Shown piece by piece: positions 60,510 through 64,000 of a stretch of DNA of 64,000 nt (positions within the stretch are counted from its first letter, which is position 1; every line of letters begins with the position of its first letter). The position numbers and the translations under genes are program-made. Source of the stretch: Mobula birostris (lineage: Eukaryota); NCBI RefSeq assembly GCF_030028105.1, contig NC_092373.1, forward strand, positions 86,615,288-86,679,287, written 5' to 3'. The notes beneath the pieces were generated by a model. That model made no database searches. It was not told the origin of the DNA and was given only the letters and a program-made list of their open reading frames with translations.

Positions 60510-63050
60510 AAATGTGCACAAGTCAGAGCTCATCTTAAACTTCTCTGTCCCTCACACGCTGGGCTCTCTTCAACGTGAACGCCCACACCACCTTCCGAAC
60601 TTCGCTCGCAATCCTGTTCAAACAAACGGGTCTCCCACTGGTCGTATGATACGACAGGTTCTCCCCAGCATCTTCTCTCTTCATCTCCTCTTCTACAAAA
60701 AAAAACTCAAGACAAAGTTATTTTCCCTCACCAAGAAAACCTCCCACTAATTGGATGGAGCACATTCCATATCATCCCTTATCTTCAACAATAACCCAAT
60801 TAGGCTGAAAGCAGAGCAAACAGCCCTTACAGCGCCGCTAAATGAAATACCCACACTACTGCTACCTCGACTCAGGCCTAGGGGGCCGACATCAGAAAAA
60901 TACCTACAGCATAACAGTAAAGATGTGAACTGGGGCATTACACTCTCCCCTGACCACAAATAGTCATGTTCTCATGACTTTGAAGTATTTTGTCATTCAT
61001 CATTAATAACATCGTTTTCAAAGGAATTTCGTGATGTCAGAACCTCCAATCCATTTGAAAATGATAGTCACATATCTCACTAGGGGGATAGTTGCAACCC
61101 TCTGTTTCCCCGGTGCTACATAGGCCAGTCTGTCTAGGGATTTCCTGACTCTTTGAGACCTCCTGGTCCCATCATCTACGTCTTCAGTTTCAGACACTCC
61201 TGGGGATACTTATGGTCTATATGGCGAAGCCTCCCCTGGTCTATTTCTCATGCTTTCCAGCAACTCAGATCCCTCTCCCACTTGGCTGAGCTCAGCTTCA
61301 TCCCCAGTTACTTTAGAGCCCAGCCCCACTTCACGATCCACCTGCAAGCCTACCTGAGCACTGCTAGACCTGCCCACCTCCTTCCCTCATCCTCCGAGTC
61401 CATATCCCCTTCAGGGGCAGACACCAGTTTAATCCTTCGTGCTGCTGGTCCTTCAGTGTCACCACATTGCCACAGAGTCCTTTTACTAAGTGTGGGATCC
61501 AGGTCAGACACCGGGTCAACACACACCTCTTGTCCCAGAGGTAGAAGGTGGTTCCAATGGAGAATCTTGACAGGCCCGTTCCCAGCCCCTGGTTTCACCC
61601 GGAAAACTGCTACTCTGGCATCCGACTGTCCGCTACATAGGGCGTAGCTGCCCAGCGGTCAGCCAACTTATGCTTCCCAGGTTGCCCAAAATTCTTGATG
61701 AGGACTCGGTCTCCAGGCATGAGTTGGGAGAACCTAACGTTTTGATTATACCTTCTCTTATTTCCTTGATTCTACTTGGTAGCCGAGACCTCAGCTAATT
61801 CATAAGTCTTTTTCAACTTCCTTCTCATATCAGGCACATACTTCAGATCAGTCATGAGGGTGTGGTAATACCCACTCCTCAAGTTCAGCACACTGAACCA
61901 CATCACACCATTCAGGCAGGCCTGCCACCTTCGAATCTCGGGTCTGTATATAGGTCGAGGACTGTGCGCCTGTTCAGAGTCCGATAGTCCACACACATCG
62001 TACCTTCCCATTTTTCTTCCTGGCCACTACTATTGCAGACGCGTAAGGGCTTCTGGACTCAGTGATGATCCCAACTTCCTTCAACTTCCGCAGATGGTGC
62101 CGAACGTCTGTCCACCTCTGCCAGTGCCAGTTGTCACGACCTCTCTCTGAATGGGGTGTCCTCTGTCACCCGGATGGTGTGGCGAGTGCTCTTGGAACAA
62201 CCCGCTTCAAATTTGTCAGTAGAAAGGACATCTTCCTGTTTCAACATTTTCTTTATCAACCTCTTCTTCCACCCTCCAGGTACCGGGGAGTCCCCAAAGT
62301 TGAATGATTCAGCAGTCATCTTCCCTCTTTTCGAGCAGAGTTTCCCCCGGCTTGTCTCACAGGGACACTACCATCACTGGGAAAGGTGCACCATTGGCAT
62401 CCGCCGCCTAAGGGTGACCTCCCGTATCGAACTGCTCCTGACACTCACTGTCATCCTGATCACCTGTACATTCGAGGGCTTCTGCAGTTCGGGCCTCACC
62501 AGTACCCCAGCAGGTAAGCCTGACCCCTCGTAGTAGTCTTCCGGAGCATCTGAGGGCCTTAGCCTCAGGCATTTCTTCAAATCAGGTGTTTCCTATCACT
62601 GTTGCTGCTTCCTTAGGCCGTAACCCGACTGGTTTGGACTGGGTGAGTCACACAGTCCCTCGTTTATACTCATCATCCAGCCCTGTGCAGCTACACACTT
62701 CCTCAAAAGCAGCTCGGAATACAGGGTGAATGAACAATGTTTTCAGAAAGCTCTCTCCAGCTTTCTCCTTACAGGCTCCCACTAGCCTCCTCACAATAGG
62801 AGTAGTTGTCCCCACGCGAATTGAAGCTTCTTCCTTCTCGACCGGGTCCAGACAAACCAGCACTATGGATAGTCATCCGTACTAAGACCCCAGATCTCGA
62901 GCATACAGGTGTTTTGGGGGTGAAACACCCCAGTATCCTTTGCTGCAAAAGTCTAAGGAGGACAACTTCTGGCCCTCCCAAACTTTAGAGATCAAGGCAC
63001 GGTTGATCCCACCCCAAGCCTCGGCTTGTGTGGATGCTGTGCTATAACTG
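60510..63050 (-). mobile_element. PNMA-type Gypsy remnant with partial 3' LTR (60510-60940)
   Basis: HPVFRAAFEEV, FNFGDSPVP, WFSVLNLRSGY and LHWNHLLP motifs; PPT AGGGGAGAGTG directly before TGTAATGCCCC at 60940; multiple internal deletions. Confidence 0.82.
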
Positions 63051-63119
63051 GTGCAGCAATCATGTGTTGGAGAGCTATGAGAGAGAAGGTGGTGCACAGG
63101 TCCGGGAGCAAAGGTTAAA

Positions 63120-64000
63120 AGGAGAAAGCTTCGTGGGAACTCAGCTATAACCAGCGCACCAATCGTGTGTTGAAGAACAGGGAAAGTTCGGGCATAAAAG
63201 AAAGACTCTGCCTAGCAGAGCGGTCATCAAAGGAGTGGTTATTGATGCTGTGGTCTGAGTCAGAGTGGTAGGTCTTTGGTTCATTCGGGCTTCAGCGAGG
63301 TAAGTGGGTAAGTGGACTTGGTTTTTTTCATTGCATTTTTTGAGGAATAGAAAGCATGTATGTAGGTTTAGTGCTTTGCTCCGGGTGTCAGGTGTGGGAG
63401 TCCTGGGAATCTTCCAGTCTCCCGGATGCCACATCTACACCAGGTGGATCGAGATGCAGTTCCTGAGAGAGTGTGTTAGAGATCTGGAGCTGTGGCTTGA
63501 TGACCTATGCTTATTAGGGAAAGTGAGCAGGAGGTAGATAGGAGCTACAGGGAGTTAGTCACACCGAAGCTGCAGGAAGTAGACAAGTGAGTGACTGTCA
63601 GGGAAGGGAAGGGAAGAGCTCAGATAGTAGAGAGCATCCCTGTGGCCATCCGCCTCAGTAATCGTTATCTCGTTTTGGATGCTGTTGAGGGGGGTGACCT
63701 GACAGGATGACCACAGCGATTGGATCTCTGGCACTGAGCCTGGTTCAATGGTGCAGAAGGGAGAGAAGAAGATAAGGAATGTGGTAGTCATTGGGGATTC
63801 CATAGTGAGGGGAACAGAGAGGAGGTTCTGTCAGCCTTATAGAGATAGCCGCATGGCATGTTGCTTCCCAGGTGCCAGAGTATGGGATGTCTCGGATTGG
63901 GTGCAGAGTACTCTGAAGGGAGAGGGTGAACAACCAGAAATCTTGGTACACATTGGTACAAATACCATTAGTAGAAAAAAGGAGGAGGTCCTCAAGAGAG
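63120..64000 (+). mobile_element. CR1 5' UTR and ORF1 (zinc finger/leucine zipper, SGNH esterase), runs off the window
   Basis: VRDLELWLDDL, VVVIGDSIVRG, CFPGARV and HIGTN motifs. Confidence 0.85.

Larger units (their letters stand above)
55760..60510 (+). mobile_element. Rex1/Babar-type LINE hosting a CR1 (56187-56583), a solo LTR and a nested Nimb
   Basis: [51 protein letters not shown]; resumes at 60088 and ends AATAAACCTCATTCTCATTCTGATTCTGA. Confidence 0.9.

Overview
Repeat-saturated vertebrate genomic DNA. The mix of elements (HE1/V-SINE-like remnant, abundant CR1, Penelope-like, Rex1/Babar, L1, Tx1) points to a cartilaginous fish, probably a batoid ray; this is inference from repeat content only. 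I found no intact host gene. Most of the window is nested, decayed transposons: an L1 interrupted by a Penelope-like (PLE) palindrome and a CR1; several Gypsy lineages (PNMA-type gag, K02A2.6-type, Gmr1-type, Tf1/sushi-type); an ERV-L-like gag remnant; a second ERV-like remnant with a tRNA-Asn PBS; Harbinger and Sola2-like DNA transposons; and L2, RTE and Nimb/I-type LINEs. Three host-derived pieces are present: a disabled A4GNT-like terminal exon (23020-23564) and two apparently intronless mRNA fragments, EDC4-like (147-646) and SH3KBP1/CIN85-like (47307-47683). Each mRNA fragment sits inside a related Gypsy element, joined in frame at nearly the same protease-RT linker position and followed by a related LTR end. 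This recurrent capture of host mRNA by an LTR retrotransposon is the most notable signal. Also notable are minimal hammerhead ribozymes in PLE tails, three tail-out fold-back PLE insertions with 11-15 bp TSDs, and a two-LTR element with only 159 bp of internal sequence that keeps a self-priming duplex. Family names and protein matches come from motif recognition by eye and remembered reference sequences, not database searches. Boundaries without a TSD are approximate.
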